Assembly (NCBI RefSeq): GCF_022045235.1
Contig: NW_027266265.1
Location: forward strand, 29,140,001-29,204,000
From: Haliotis cracherodii
Taxonomy: Eukaryota
Reading direction: 5' to 3'
DNA length: 64,000 nt
Shown here piece after piece: positions 12,599 to 26,340 of this stretch (position 1 is its first letter; every line of letters begins with the position of its first letter). Under the pieces are notes generated by a model, which searched no databases, was not told the DNA's origin, and saw only the letters and a list, made by a program, of their open reading frames with translations. The position numbers were made by a program, and so were the translations under genes.

Positions 12599-12607
12599 TT
12601 TATAAAG
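12599..12607 (+). promoter_or_regulatory. Putative TATA box of SP1
   Basis: TTATAAAGG about 55 nt upstream of the ATG at 12655. Confidence 0.55.
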
Positions 12608-12654
12608 GCAGCCAAACACTCCCGAGCCTCTGTCAGGACCACAGAAACACCAAC

Positions 12655-15600
12655 ATGAACACATTTATCATTTTGACTATTATAATTTCTCTACCTGCAT
12701 TATCACTGCAACAAAATGGTAAGTAACATACATGTATTAAATTAGAGATTATGAGAAGATCATTTTAACTTTATAGCAGTTCAGAATTAATACTTTTATT
12801 TATCAGTACTTAGCGTTTTATAATTTGATTTTATTATGCCTCAAACATTTTGATGGAACACAATAATTTAATTGATCATATCGTGTGATATTATTATGTA
12901 AAAGGCTTGCACGCTGTGATTTCCTTTAACTGTAACGTAGGGATGGAAAGATGTACGCTGTCATCGTTTGATGTTTATTTTAACCAACATGGACATGTGT
13001 GTATTGAAAAGATGTGCGCTGTACACCAACAACAGCAAGAATCCCATATACTAACAAGACAAATTTCAATTGTTCCGTCATGCTTTAATGAATATTGCTT
13101 GGTTTTATCTCAACCTTAATCTAAAGTATGCCACATACATGGATGCCTTACATCAATGAGCAAATACTAGCAATGCTGAATTTACTAATTACATTAATTG
13201 CTTTTTTCAGCTCCTTATACTTTTTGTAACACACTGTGTAACCTGATCAAAAGATGCTCACCTACCGCATCTTACTGTAGCGGCGCCAATGTGATCAGAC
13301 TATCGAGTTTATGCCGTTGCCAAGGTAAATATGTCATTCTAATGCTTGCTAAAATATACTTATAAGAATGATTAGAGAAAGAATGAACTTATTAGATAAA
13401 CGTTCAATATGAATAGATCAAGTTTGAAGAATTAGGTAATTTATTGTCGTCTTTATATTTCTGTTTTAAGTATTCTTTATCAATAAGATAAAGAAAACAC
13501 CTTAACAGATGTATGAGTAATTCTACCAGAAGGACATAGAACGTAGGGTATCTATTTTTTTAAATAGGAATTGAAACCAGTAAATCTTGAGGTATGCTAA
13601 ATGCATTCCCCGTCTTACTGATATTTCTTTACACTCAGATCGAAAAGATAATTTTTGGGTCCTTAATTTGGCTGGTATATAAAACACTGCAGTGCCTCCT
13701 AAACCTCATCTTCGCAACATGAAATTGAACATGGACGAAATAAAACTGAAAAGTAAATTAAAGCACCATCATGATGATGATATCTGATGTTCGTGAAGGG
13801 TAAATTATGTTGGTCCTCCATTAAGGCCAAGCTGATTGAGGTCAGTGTACAGTTGATCCTGGACAAAGAGTTTCTATAATTCATGAATGACAACATCCGC
13901 AAAGCGTAATAAAAGCGACAAAACCCTTGTCATAGTCATAAGATATAATCTGCGAAAAGAAGAGTCCACGGTAAGATTCCGTCTTATCATAATCATGTGA
14001 AGAACATATATATTATTGTCATTATTACATCTTTAAATGGATTATTATTTGGGTGGTCAAGTGATCGAAAGTGAGACGATGTGCTGTGCAGGTGAAGACT
14101 TTGTATCTTAGATGTCATTATCAGACACAGATCGAACATCAGACTGGCCCAGATGGACGTACTTGGTGATCTAGTGATCAATAGCCATTCTTTTCTTTAC
14201 AGAAGGTACAGGGATTGGCAATCCTCCTACAAGAAGGCCTACAAGAAGGCCTACAAGAACAACTACTACCACTACTACTACGACGACAACAACAACTCGG
14301 GCGCCATTTGTCAATAACCGTGAGGCAACATGTCGTTTATTTGATACACAATCAATAAATATCTATTTAGCAATTATCTACGCAACCTTAAGAAAACAGA
14401 TACATAATCCTTTTGTGAAAGTTCGAAAGTTAATGCTTTGTCATACGATGAAACCTTGTTAACTCGAACCTCTGAAACCATTAACTCGGTATACATGGTT
14501 AACTTAATGATCCCAGTAGGATCTCCATAAATCGATAAGTTGTCTAATATGAAAACTAAGTTTGTTTCAAACCACGGATAACTTGATATTGTGCGATGTA
14601 GTCAGAATTTTCTGAAACCTTAATACTTCATATACATGTATACATCTATTTGTAGAATGCGGCATCAGTGGAATTGCAAATCCTCAGGTATTTGTGGATT
14701 CCTTGCCTCGCATAGTGGGTGGGTATGACGCCCCAGAGACCTACTTTCCGTGGCAAGTGATTATCAAACCTGGTAGTGCCCGTTGTGGCGGCACAATCAT
14801 CAGCACAGACACTGTCATCACGGCTGCACACTGTGTGAAGTTAGTCATTTTGTACATAATTTGTCTCATGAAATTGTTTAAAAATGAATGTGGTTAGAAA
14901 CTGGTCAGGGTTACATATGAGTTTACATTTTGTTGATATATAATTACACACAGAGATGTTTCAACTCTGATACCTGAACAACCCAAATAGCTCTCGTACT
15001 CTTATTGTGTTTCTATTTTCTGTTTTAGATTTATGGAAATACATTTAATTTTAAATTTAGGACATCGTAGGACTTTATCATCAACACGGATTATCATATA
15101 CGATAAGGGTTGTTGATTCGTCACTGGAAATGGACAATGTTCCTCCTACAATGCATCACATAGATACATACATAGATACACACATAGATACATGCATGCA
15201 TGCATCCATCCATGCATCCATCCACCCCCCACNNNNNNNNNNNNNNNNNNNNNNNNNNNNNNNNNNNNNNNNNNNNNNNNNNNNNNNNNNNNNNNNNNNN
15301 NNNNNNNNNNNNNNNNNNNNNNNNNNNNNNNNNNNNNNNNNNNNNNNNNNNNNNNNNNNNNNNNNNNGTATTCGGTACATAAAATATATTTATGTATTCA
15401 TTTCAGCAATTTCCGAAATAATCCTCGCTCGGTTCAAGTAGGCCATGGTTCTGTTGACAGCAACTTCGCACAATACATAACAGCTTCCCAAATAATCGTA
15501 CATCCTGGCTACAGTCAATTCTCAGGTAATTTGTATTTGTCTTGTCTGTCTAAGAAGCACCAATATTTCTATCTTTCATTTAATTCTGACATGTGTGTAA

Positions 15601-17905
15601 AAATACAGACTAAGTTCAGAAGTAATAAAACAGTTTTTGTTTTTGCTTGTTTGGTAATATAATTGTATACTTGAATATTATCTCATTCTTGCCATAACCG
15701 ATGATCTTGCTGAAGCCCTTTTATAGTATATGGCACATCGAAGCAAATTCATTCTTGTTTGTTTGTCACAAGCCAAGATTTCTTCGGAAATTGTCAAAAT
15801 CATGAACGCCATCTTATAATTTGTAAGATATATGTAAAATTAGAATATTGCCTATTTCTTTGTTGTCGTATATTACCTCATAGTGTTTTAATTTTGGACA
15901 ATCTTTTTCAGCCCCGGACATTGCGATCATCAAGTTATCGAGGTCAATCACATATACAAGGAACAGCCGCCCAGCTTGTCTTCCTCGCAATAATCAAGCA
16001 GTCGACCCTAATCAGCTAGCTGTTGTCACCGGGTGGGGGATACTTCAAGGTGAGCATTTACCACCACCACATTTGCATTTAACGGGGAGTAGGGTCGTGC
16101 ACATTTACAGTCCCAGCACGTTTGTTAACTTGTGTTAATGGTATTTGATGATACCAGCTCAATTTTCACAGTGTGTTACCTTTTTCTCTTGACATGTGAT
16201 TGAACTTTCAGGAAATCAAGAGTTGGGATATCAGTCCAGCTGATTATGAATACTTCAATTACACAGTGACAATGTCTCAGTTTCACGGAACTAATTTCAA
16301 CGTCTTGATGTACGTGAGATAGTGGATAATAGGTCCTCATGAATATACTATGGGTTCGTTATCATCTTTTGGTAACAGGGATTCTATATCCTTTGGTTTT
16401 ACTAAGGTTTAAAATTAAAGGTTGCTTGTGGGAATATGAACACACACGCATAAAAACCGGACGGCAATGCAATGACTGATGTTTTTTGGAGCATAACAAA
16501 AACTTACTTGTGTAAAATCTGAGGCCATGATCATGAACAAAATGTTCGTCACTAGAAGCTTATTGTCAAGCTCACCTGGTCATAGGGTCTCCATCCTTCT
16601 TCTTAGTGGACAGAAAGTAAACCAAACTTGTCTGCAAACATCACAACATTGTTTAAGGCGAGGGAAGATAACTAACGGAACTAATATTAAACCGAACTTT
16701 TTACGGGACAAACCCAAGCTTGATTGAGTGATTTGGGTTAAACGCCGCCTTGAACAATAATTTAGATATATCACGGCGATGTGAGAGAAAAGCCGGCTGC
16801 TATTCAGGTCTCAGTCGTTTACTACTCTGGTGAAACACTCGAGCTCGTGAATGGGGCTGACGAGCCTATAAACATGATCGAGGCGAACCGGAATTCGAAC
16901 CCGCGATCATATCTTTATGGATTAGACATGGAACGCAACTTGAACAGCGAATTTTGGAGCCTTGGATGGGCCACCTGTGTGCCCCAAACCCCAAACCCCA
17001 GATAGTATCACCCGGAATTAAAATCGTCCTCACACAAGATGAATGATTCACACGATGGAGGGAAACTTTCCATGGTTTAACGATGTGCACATTCATCTAA
17101 CGTCGATCACTATCGATGCAGGCGCTACATTAAATTGTTTATACTCGGGCTGTATTGGTATAAGTGATTGAAAGAGCATTCATACACTTCAAAATGTGTG
17201 ATATTTGTACTCATGTACGTTCATGTTGTAGAGGGCGGGAGCAGAGTTCCCAATATTATGCAGTATGTTGCTGTCCCTATCGTTGACCAGGAAGAGTGTA
17301 ACAATGACTACTTCGGAGGAATCCGCGACGGCGAGTTCTGTGCAGGCTACGCCAAAGGTGGACGTGATGCATGCCAGGTGAGATAGTCAATACAGGCGTC
17401 AGTACAAAACCAAAATGGTTCCACTTTGATAAAATTATATATTTTTTAAAATTTATTTTACTTTTTATTTTTTCTCGTTTTTTAAACTTTCTGCTTATTT
17501 GTTGCGAATTAAGAATTTGTCTTGTTACTTCGAGTATTTTCTTGTTGTTTCTTGTATTTAAAATTCTAAATTTCGAATTATTTAATTAGATTGAGTCCAT
17601 TCTACGATTCCAACTATATGATAAGCATGTGTTTATGAATCACGCACAGGTGTAATGGAATGTATCTAATAAACCCAAATATTAAGTAGAAGGAAAGTAC
17701 AAACGAAAGTTTATTTTTGAATTAATGTTTTTGTCCTTCTCTTCAGGGCGATTCCGGTGGTGCCCTTGTCATGCCAAGTCCGTCGGGCAGAACCTGGGAA
17801 CTTATCGGCGTGGTGTCCAGGGGAACTGGATGTGCCAGACCAAACAAGCCGGGCATATATGCCAGGGTGCCAAACTATGTGTCATGGATACAACAGAACC
17901 TGTAA
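12655..17905 (+). CDS. SP1: secreted trypsin-like S1A serine protease with 6-Cys N-terminal module and Thr-rich linker (about 346 aa, 8 exons)
   Basis: Exons 12655-12718 ([18 protein letters not shown] signal), 13211-13324 (Cys module), 14203-14319 (PTRR/poly-T linker), 14656-14839 (CG..PR|IVGG..TAAHC), 15407-15525, 15912-16049 (DIAII..GWG), 17232-17377 (GRDACQ), 17747-17905 (GDSGG..WIQQNL*). All GT-AG with compatible phases, total 1041 nt. AATAAA at 18005. Confidence 0.93.
15233..15367. other. Assembly gap (N run) inside SP1 intron 4
   Basis: Run of Ns following a CATC/CATA microsatellite. Confidence 1.
16724..16985 (-). mobile_element. SINE family C (diverged)
   Basis: GGCGAACCGGAATTCGAACCC and ACAGCGAATT..GGGCCACCTGTGCCCC. 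Additional diverged copies at about 470-700 (+) and 30755-31003 (-). Confidence 0.65.
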
Positions 17906-20900
17906 CAAGTCCCTATTGAAGCGTATGACTGGATGCTACACAGTTGGACTGGTGTCATTTTCTTATGGAGTTAACATCATGGGAACCTGATGTTGTTACT
18001 ATGCAATAAACTGTATAGACGAACGTCTGTAAATGCTCTTAATGGAGCGAAGTCAATGTCGGAACAACTAGAGGAAGTGTCTCTTTAATATCAGAACATA
18101 AAACACCGGTGATACATATTTATATGACTTGTATCCAGAATACCGTGAATTTTCTATGATATTTTCAAAGGTTAATGTTGGCCCGGTGATCATAGGGTAG
18201 ATATGTATGTGAATGACTGTACATATTTAATTAATAATGATCACAATGTGTAATCATTGTATGTATCAAATATTGACATAAACACAATGTTAACAATCTA
18301 AGCAAATGGTGTTACGAGGAGCATTAAATACACGACTCAATAACAAGCTATTGAATCCTGAATAAGACTAATAAAATTGTCTGTCAAATATATTTTGAAA
18401 TTTTGTTGTCCCTAATGCTGACGTTTAACACACAGTATTAGCGTGCTCGGATAAACTTGTGCATACAGGTGGTAGACCATGCCTTCATTGTACAGGGAGA
18501 ACATATCTACATGTGTTTAAACGGAAGACCAAACACTCCCTTATCAATGTACTGGGTTTTATAGTACTTCAAACAGTGTAGTCCACATCCCTACACACCT
18601 GTATGCTGTGTGTGTTTTTGTAATCCATCGGTACATAATGTTCTATTGTGCACGTTCCTAACCACACAGGTGTATTTGGACTGTTGCTTGTCGATGAGTA
18701 CGGAGGATTACGTAGATTCCCGTATCAGGAGATTTCATGCGTCATTCCTTCCTTTGAAATATGCATCCCATTAACTAATACAATGATAACGGTAAAAAAT
18801 TTAGTCAAAATAATTAGGAAAGCGCAAGGCTCAGGAACGTCTGAGTATAGGAAAAGGATTTATACTTTCGAAAGTTATATAATCGTCAAATACGCAAACG
18901 AATATCAACCGGCTTTTAAAACTTATTTTTGTAGAAGGTGATCTTGGTGTATATTGCCAGATATTATATGCATATACATTTTTCCGCCGTTGCTGATTTT
19001 AATGTTTATTAATAGTTTTAAGGTTCGTCCGCCTATTTGACGGGATTTCACTTTCTCATTTGTACATGACACTTAAGCAGTGTCCTGTTACTGTAAACAG
19101 ATTAGTTTCAAATTCCAAACTTGTGATGTGTATTCAGACAAATGCTTAGTCTCTAAAACTGTATAGTTTTGAAAGAAACAAGTACCACCCAAACCGATCC
19201 AAACGGGACCTGAAAGCTTATTGTATGCTATATAGTCACATGGAAGTGCACCAGAATACATTGTATTCCGGACGATTGTGTTCTTTCATTTACTTTTAAG
19301 TCAGGAAAAAAATACTTAAAAGGAGAGTTGTTGAATTTAATTATTAAATGTTGCCTATACACTCATCTGGACGTACTACTCATTGTTCTATTTATGTGAT
19401 CCTATATATATTGTATATATAAATATACAATAACGTAACGTGGGTTACCGTTCTTAAAGTCCTTATCTTATGTTGTCCATAGTATAAAAGTTTAATCAAC
19501 AATATCAAGAGCAGCAGAAATACAATTTCTTGCAACATTTATACCACGAGAAAGTAGTCTAACGCTTACGCACCGGTGGAACGTAGACATTATCGCTAAT
19601 ACAGATATCACGTATTTGAATGTTGATACTAAAGACAAACACTCATTATTTTTGCAGTGACGATATAACACTTATACACGTTTATTGGTGACTTTCATCA
19701 GTTTTGCATTTCATTTTAATAACAGTTACTTGTTTTCACATATACAACTAGCAATACCCGACTAGCCTGTCATAGCAGAAGAAGAAGATATTTTATTAAA
19801 GTGTCACACACATATAAATGTGTCTGGCCAGATTTGGCCTATGAGACACTACAATTCAATAAATATCTGTTAAAATATCGTTACAATGTCATACAAAATA
19901 ATGGGGCAGTTTTCAATCTTCTACTGACTTACTCTGGTGTTCCTGAGCGAAGCTTATTGGCTTGGTTGTTATACCCTGTTTTTCTGTAATCCTATTATTA
20001 CTTCATTTTTATCTAATGACACCCTGTTCTCTGAATCACGGCTCCGTGACTATCCATAACAATTAAGATGAACATTCAGTTCAAGTACATGAATGAGTTT
20101 GTTTTGACGCCACAGTCAGTCAAAGACCAATGCTGTGAGGTTTGATTACACACTTCTACCAGGTCGAACATCGTGGATCTTTATTTTCTACCTAAAGAAA
20201 ATCATAGTCCATATGCTAATCCATCTACGAAAACCGTCCCGCTCAAGATGACCTTACTTGTTGTTAAATCCATCATCTATCCCCCTACTCTCACCCCCAC
20301 GCCCCCCCCCCCCTTACACGCACGCACGCGCACGCGCGCACACACAACGGACCTAAATAACCTGGAGAGGAAATACTGATAGCCTCTGGTCAACACCGCC
20401 GCGCTACCACAGAATGTTCGTCCACTCTGCAGGTGGCATTCTCAGTAGCTTCAAACGCGCTGAAATGTTTTTGCCTTGCATCCAAGATGGTGGACAAGTG
20501 AAATCGTATGATATTTTACTATTTTAGGTCGCTATGTCTTTTTGGATTACCCAATAAAGACAATTCATGGTTACACGGTTGTGTAGAAGCTTACAACTTT
20601 ATAACACTTATTCATCTCCATCTCCAATAGCGCTACTCGTAGTCACATAAAGTTGTAGTTGTTATGTCACTGTTTTATTTTAAAAAAAATATATTACGTG
20701 TTCATCAATAACAATTAAGATGAACATTCAATTTGCGATACAAGTAAATGAATAAGTGTGTTTTACGCCACAATCAATCAAAGACCAAAGTTGTCCGGTT
20801 TGATGACACACAATCTACCAGGTACCTCATTATGTTCCCCTGATCCCCATTTAAGTCTCCTCATGGTGTATATTCCTGCCGAAAAGGCCCCATGTACCTG

Positions 20901-21999
20901 GGAATGTCATTAATACATTCATGCACGGCATTCTCTACCTTAAGAAGATAATAGTTAATATGCTTATCCAACTGGAACTACCATCCCCCCCCCCGAAAAA
21001 AAATGAAAGAAAATATGAGTATTTTATGTAATATCCACATTTACAGACAATGACAAAATGGACAATGTTCCTCCTACAATGCATCACATAGATACATACA
21101 TAGATACACAAAATAGATACATGCATCCATCCATCCACACACACATCGTGGACGCCTCACCTCACTTCACTGTGCAATTTGTAATTGCGACCACCATGTT
21201 CCAATCGTCTCAGTGATCGAACGATTGGGAAGTAATTGTAACTTGTGTAAACTGTCGGGCAAAAGTAAGTATACACCCATGTTTGATGGTGGTTAAAAAT
21301 GAAACAAACAAGGAATGGTTATTCGATGGAGATATATTTGCTTCGGGTATCTTAGGCGATACTACATGCATCATATCAATGAGTGTCTCACAACAGGTGA
21401 AGTGCACATGACGTCTTAAGGAATATAATTCTTTATTGGTGTCGTTATTTTCTTTTACTGTTCTAATATATTTGATACTGTACAGCAGTAATGAATAGTT
21501 TCCTTGACAGAAAGCATGATGTATGAAACAGTTTCTGGTAGTTCGTAACACTCTTTGGACGACATCCACCTCGTGTCTGCAATCCGACTATCCCCTCTCC
21601 CTGGTAAGTTACATCATGTCAAGAGGTCTTTGTGTGTCAAGGACGTAAGAAAATCAGCTGATGCCCGTAGCTCAAGAACCCTCTTCACAGCTGACAGACT
21701 TGGTATGTTTCTACACTGACATAAACTGGATATACTGACACGCAGCTATACTAGATATTTAACTAACCCCTGATCAAATAGATGCCCTTCGTTAATCTCT
21801 GCGTGGAGTACCGTATATACCTGTCATAACGATACCGGTGGCGATGCTGATGGTTGTGGTGATGATAATGATGGTGACGACGATGATGATGGCAATGATG
21901 GTGATGGTGATGATATTTTTATATCCTTGCATCTTATCTGTGATTGCAAGCTTTAACATTTGAAAAATTAAAACACATATAGTTGATCATATGATCAAG

Positions 22000-22150
22000 G
22001 CCGCTGGCGTTGCCTAGTGGTAAAAGCGTTCGCTCCTCTTGCCGAAAGTCCAGGTTCGATTCTCTGCATATCATAGGCACAATGTGGGAATCCCCCGCCG
22101 TGATATTACTGGAATATAGCTAAGGCGGCGTAAATTCGACTCAATCACAA
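22000..22150 (+). mobile_element. tRNA-derived SINE family B (diverged)
   Basis: GCCTAGTGGTAAAAGCGTTCGCTC..GGTTCGATTC..CCCCGCCGTGATATT. Further fragments at about 8325-8376, 40490-40615 (-) and 43530-43610 (-). Confidence 0.75.
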
Positions 22151-22771
22151 ACTCTCATAAATCACTGTGCCATTGCTAACCAAGGTTCTGCAGATGGCAC
22201 CGGAGTATGTCAAGATTCAACTCTTGGTTGGTCTTCTTCCATTATATCTCACTAGGTGGCGCTACTGGCCTCGCTAGGTCGTTCATTCATCCACAGGGCT
22301 GTGTACATGAATGGCCACTTTCTTAAAGCGGTTGTCAAGTAGGGGTTTATGTCATGGGAAGTTGACCTCAACCGATTCCAGCAGTCCTGCATTTATCTGA
22401 TCCATTGACCTAAGTTTGTGGCTCTGTGACAACACGTACAAAAGAAAGTCTTTGTACAGGAGATGCAATGGGCCATTCATGACATACCACATGCTTTTAC
22501 GGATTGTGAACCGGCCTCGCGATGTCTAATCCGTTGTCCTCGCATAAATATTAATATATCTTCCAGATCTGAATGAATGGCGTGACAACATTCAAGAAGT
22601 AAGTTGTTTGATTCTTCGGTAGCATTTTCAATAAATGTTGTTCACAAGAAGTTCCTGAATACATTAATCGACATTACGCTATCCGCATGGATGACCTATT
22701 CCTGCATAGATATATCTAGATCGGAGACGCTAAGCCGGTGACCCGTACCCAGATCCGGGCATACCAGTTGA

Positions 22772-23020
22772 ACACTCACTCACTCACTCACTCACTCACT
22801 CACTCACTCACTCACTCACTCACTCAATCACTCAATCACTCAATCACTCACTCACTCAACTAATCAAACAACCAATCAAACAACTCAATCAAAACAATTT
22901 AATAAAACAATTAATAAAACAATTTAATAAAACAATTTAATAAAACAACTCAATCAGCTAACTCAATCAATTAATCAATCAATCAATTAACTCAAACAAT
23001 CTATAAATCAAACAATCAAT
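22772..23020. repeat. (ACTC)n microsatellite grading into AATC/AAAC variants
   Basis: Seen directly. Confidence 0.9.
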
Positions 23021-23574
23021 CGTACTTTCTTAATGCAAGACAATGGAAATCGAGTGACGGATGTTTGACTCATTCTTCTTCCTCTTCTTTCTTCTTCTTC
23101 TTCTTCTCCACGCACGCACCCACACATATTTTGAGTTACCAATCCCTGAATTGAGAAGACTTGCGTTATCTTACAATAAACAACTCCCACTCGCCGTTTG
23201 TTTCTTAATTACATGGCCATATACACTGACATTATATCATATGTTACATATCTTAAAACTGACTAATCTGCAAATCTTGCTGCACTGCGCCCGACAGATA
23301 CTAGAGCAAGGCATGCCCGAAATACGAAACATAAAGCTTCTGAAAGGAAGCCTTGGGCATCACGTGCGTCGGTTGACCAGCGCTATCTGATTGGCTGTTA
23401 ACAGTTGTACAAGGCGGAGCAAAAAGCATCGTTTTTCCGTCCATTTTACGCTTGAAAAAATCGACGCCTTTCCGTCCAATGACCATGTACGAAAAAACCC
23501 GACGTTTTCGTGTATGCAGTGTGAAGATCTATTCTCAACCCGGATATTCACGCGTGGTTGATGCATTGCCATAA

Positions 23575-23999
23575 TAAAGCTTGAATATTTTGTTCACAAT
23601 ACATCAGTTGACTCACTATGCATATGACTAGGTGGTTATGACCGAATGATTAAGTTACATTTTCGTTTCAACCATATGTATTAACGTGTAAGTGATTAAA
23701 CAGTCTAGGGAAATATATTTTCTCAGCACTTAAGAAACGCAATAGATATTTTAAAGATGTCATTAGTTATCCTACATATGTCGCTCTGTCAAGTACATAT
23801 GTGAGTGTGTATATACTTGTATAATGGGCCGGGGGCCTCATTACGGAATAAACAATAAACAAATTAAACATAACAAAGCTTGAATATTTTGTTCACAATA
23901 CATCAGCTCACTCACTATGTATATGTCTAGGTGGTTATGACCGAATGATTAAGTTACATTTTAGTTTCAACCATATGTATTAACTTGCAAGTGATTAAA
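23575..23999. repeat. About 125-bp direct repeat pair spaced about 300 bp apart
   Basis: AAAGCTTGAATATTTTGTTCACAATACATCAG...GTGATTAAA at about 23576-23700 and 23875-23999. Confidence 0.85.
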
Positions 24000-24679
24000 A
24001 GTGCACAGACGTGTTTCCTTCGTGTCAGACCCAGCAGAATTTCGGATAATTGGTCCATGCAATTCTTCGTTCATGCACATGACATGATACTTTTACATCC
24101 TGGTCTCTTTTCAATTTTGAAAATAGAGTGTGTTGAGTTGTGTTGATCTGTGCATTGCGCTGCATTGCCGGCAGTGGCGAGGCGCAGCGTGGCGTGGCGT
24201 GGCGTGGCGTGGCCTGGCGACGTTACTGGGTTGTTTATGATGGATGTTCATACATTTTAATGGTTTTCATATTTGGATCTAAACAAGATTTGGGAAAGAA
24301 TTTGTCGCTTATATTTAAATAAATTGCAGTAACATCTCGAGCGAACTTTCTTGATAAAGCCTGTGTTCATTTAGTTCAATCAATTATTGTCTTTTACTGC
24401 AAGAACGGGCCCTTACTACGAATTACAAGTCAACAGTGGTGGTTGAATATACGATTATGCGTTACATTCACATACAATTGCTTGATGTACATACCTAATT
24501 CAGTTCCGTAACATATAGAGTTGTTTTCACATCTAAACTTACACATGCCTGTATGTGGTCTCTTCTCTTTCGATTCGGCCACAAACCTGGGTGTTTATCG
24601 AAATAGAATTTGGATGTGATGTCTTGTATGACAGAGGATGCTGGCGTTTATTTTATGGACTTCCTTTCCTGTATGTAGT

Positions 24680-25360
24680 AGTCTCGTGCTTAACGTTCCC
24701 CGCGACGCCTGTAAACACGACGTCTACCATCCGCGCTGCGAACCACTAAACCAAACTTGTGGCCATACTTTGAGGCTTTGACACCATTGACGTCGCAGCC
24801 GACGAAGCAGGTCCGTCAAAATAACACCTCGAACTGGTCGTCTGGCGCGAATAGCTTTAGTGTGTAAGCGGTTCCTCGCTGTCTGGGATGGTATCCTACG
24901 CAATCCTGCCGTAGTTGTAGCGGTGCACGTGGTGGTTCTTTCACGTAAGTGACGTCACCGTATGAATCTCTCCTGTGCGCTAGTACTGATACGGATCTGG
25001 GAAGGTCCCGTGTGTGCTTGGTGCTACGAGGAAAACCCTGGCTTCAGCTGAAGATGTTTCTCCTGTTTGCAGTCAGCCGATGACTTTGCATTGGGCTTCC
25101 GTCTGTCGTGGCATGTTTCGCTGTTCACTTGTGATAAGATTGTGATGGCATCCAAATGAAAACGTCGCCATGCTCTCACGTAGTTGAGCTTTTGCATCTT
25201 TTCCCAAATTTCTGCAGTACCTCATTCTTTCCACAAAAATTGATCCAAACCACGCAGACATGACCAATTTATTTTTGATACTATTAATTTTGTATGGATG
25301 TCGATAGCACTATTTACGATTTTACTACTTTTGCGTTTCTATTTTTTTTGCTAAGTATAC
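24680..25360 (-). mobile_element. Degenerate Tc1/mariner DNA transposon (5' part of transposase plus terminal repeat)
   Basis: Minus-strand translation with stops and frameshifts: MPRQTEAQ..IG*LQTGE..ARVF.. / AQERFIR*RHLRERTTT..GLRRIPSQTARNRLH..IRARRPVRGVILT..RRQWC..VWFS..DGRRRVYRRRGER, typical of the Tc1 HTH region. Tc1-type end TTGCGTTTCTATTTTTTTTGCTAAGTATA at about 25332-25359. Confidence 0.8.
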
Positions 25361-26069
25361 AATTGTTGTCTTGCAGATACGTAATGTGATGTCGTCATTA
25401 AAAATAGAAATGCTGGTTTTAAAGTAATCAGATGACTGAAATAGGGTGAAAAAAATAGCTGTATCGCCGCGGGACTACTCAATCAATTGCAAGGAAATAC
25501 TAATAAGTATGTATAAGTATGTATTCATTATGCTTCTACAGTGTGTTTTACTTTCGATTTGTCGTATTCATGAAGCCAATTGAAACAGCATTCTCATGGT
25601 TACCCTCGCCTGGTTCACTCTTCTCACAAAGTTGGGTCAGGATTGATATCACGACGTACACGGCAACGACTGGAATATTTTATAATAGATGTATGCCAAG
25701 TATAACCCACTGCAAAATGCAGTTAACAATGAACATTTAACACGTTTGTCTTGTCGTGATATATGGCTTATGTGTAAACATGACATCAATATCTCGCCTC
25801 CTGTTGTTCATTGCTGGTGATATTCACCTGAATGCCAGTCCAAAGAAATCTAACACAACTAACCATGTAATCATATTCCACTTGAATATTAGAATTATCC
25901 GGCACAAATTGACTAAAACCAACGATGATATTTGCGATGTCGATGTGTAATGCTTCACCTAGGGCAGATTTTTTAAATTGTTCGTAAATATAAGCATTTT
26001 GAAAATATTATGTATTGTGAAAAGTACAAAACTTGTAATGTATACGAACCCATTTGATAACTTTCATAA

Positions 26070-26340
26070 ACCCGTGAAGATCCGGGTTAGAATAGGTCTT
26101 CAGCAACCCATGCTTGCCGTAAAAGGCGACTATGCTTGTCGTAAGAGGCGACTAACGGGATCGGGTGGTCCGGTTGGCTGACTTGGTTGATGCATGTCAT
26201 CGCATCCCAATTTCGTGGATCGATGCTAATGATATCAATGACTGGATTGTCTAGTCCAGACTCGATTATTTACAGACCGCCGTCATTTAGCTGGAATACT
26301 GCTGAGTGCGGCGTAAAACAACAAACAACAACAAACAATT
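26070..26340 (+). mobile_element. SINE family A (Nin/Deu-domain-like), fuller copy
   Basis: CCCGTGAAGATCCGGGTTAGAATAGG head, duplicated GCTTG(T/C)CGTAA(G/A)AGGCGACTA core and (CAA)n tail. Degenerate relatives at about 6000-6210, 27980-28140 (-), 42130-42310 and 45290-45450 (-). Confidence 0.8.

Noticed and set aside
13211-13324. Calling the Cys module a clip, ShKT, EGF or LDLa domain
   Set aside because: Spacing (terminal CxC, no CC) and the pairwise Cys-loss pattern fit none of these
21500-22600. Isolated exon-like segments (21511-21603, 22567-22598)
   Set aside because: Splice-like signals but no coherent ORF or recognisable homology; a lncRNA cannot be excluded without RNA data
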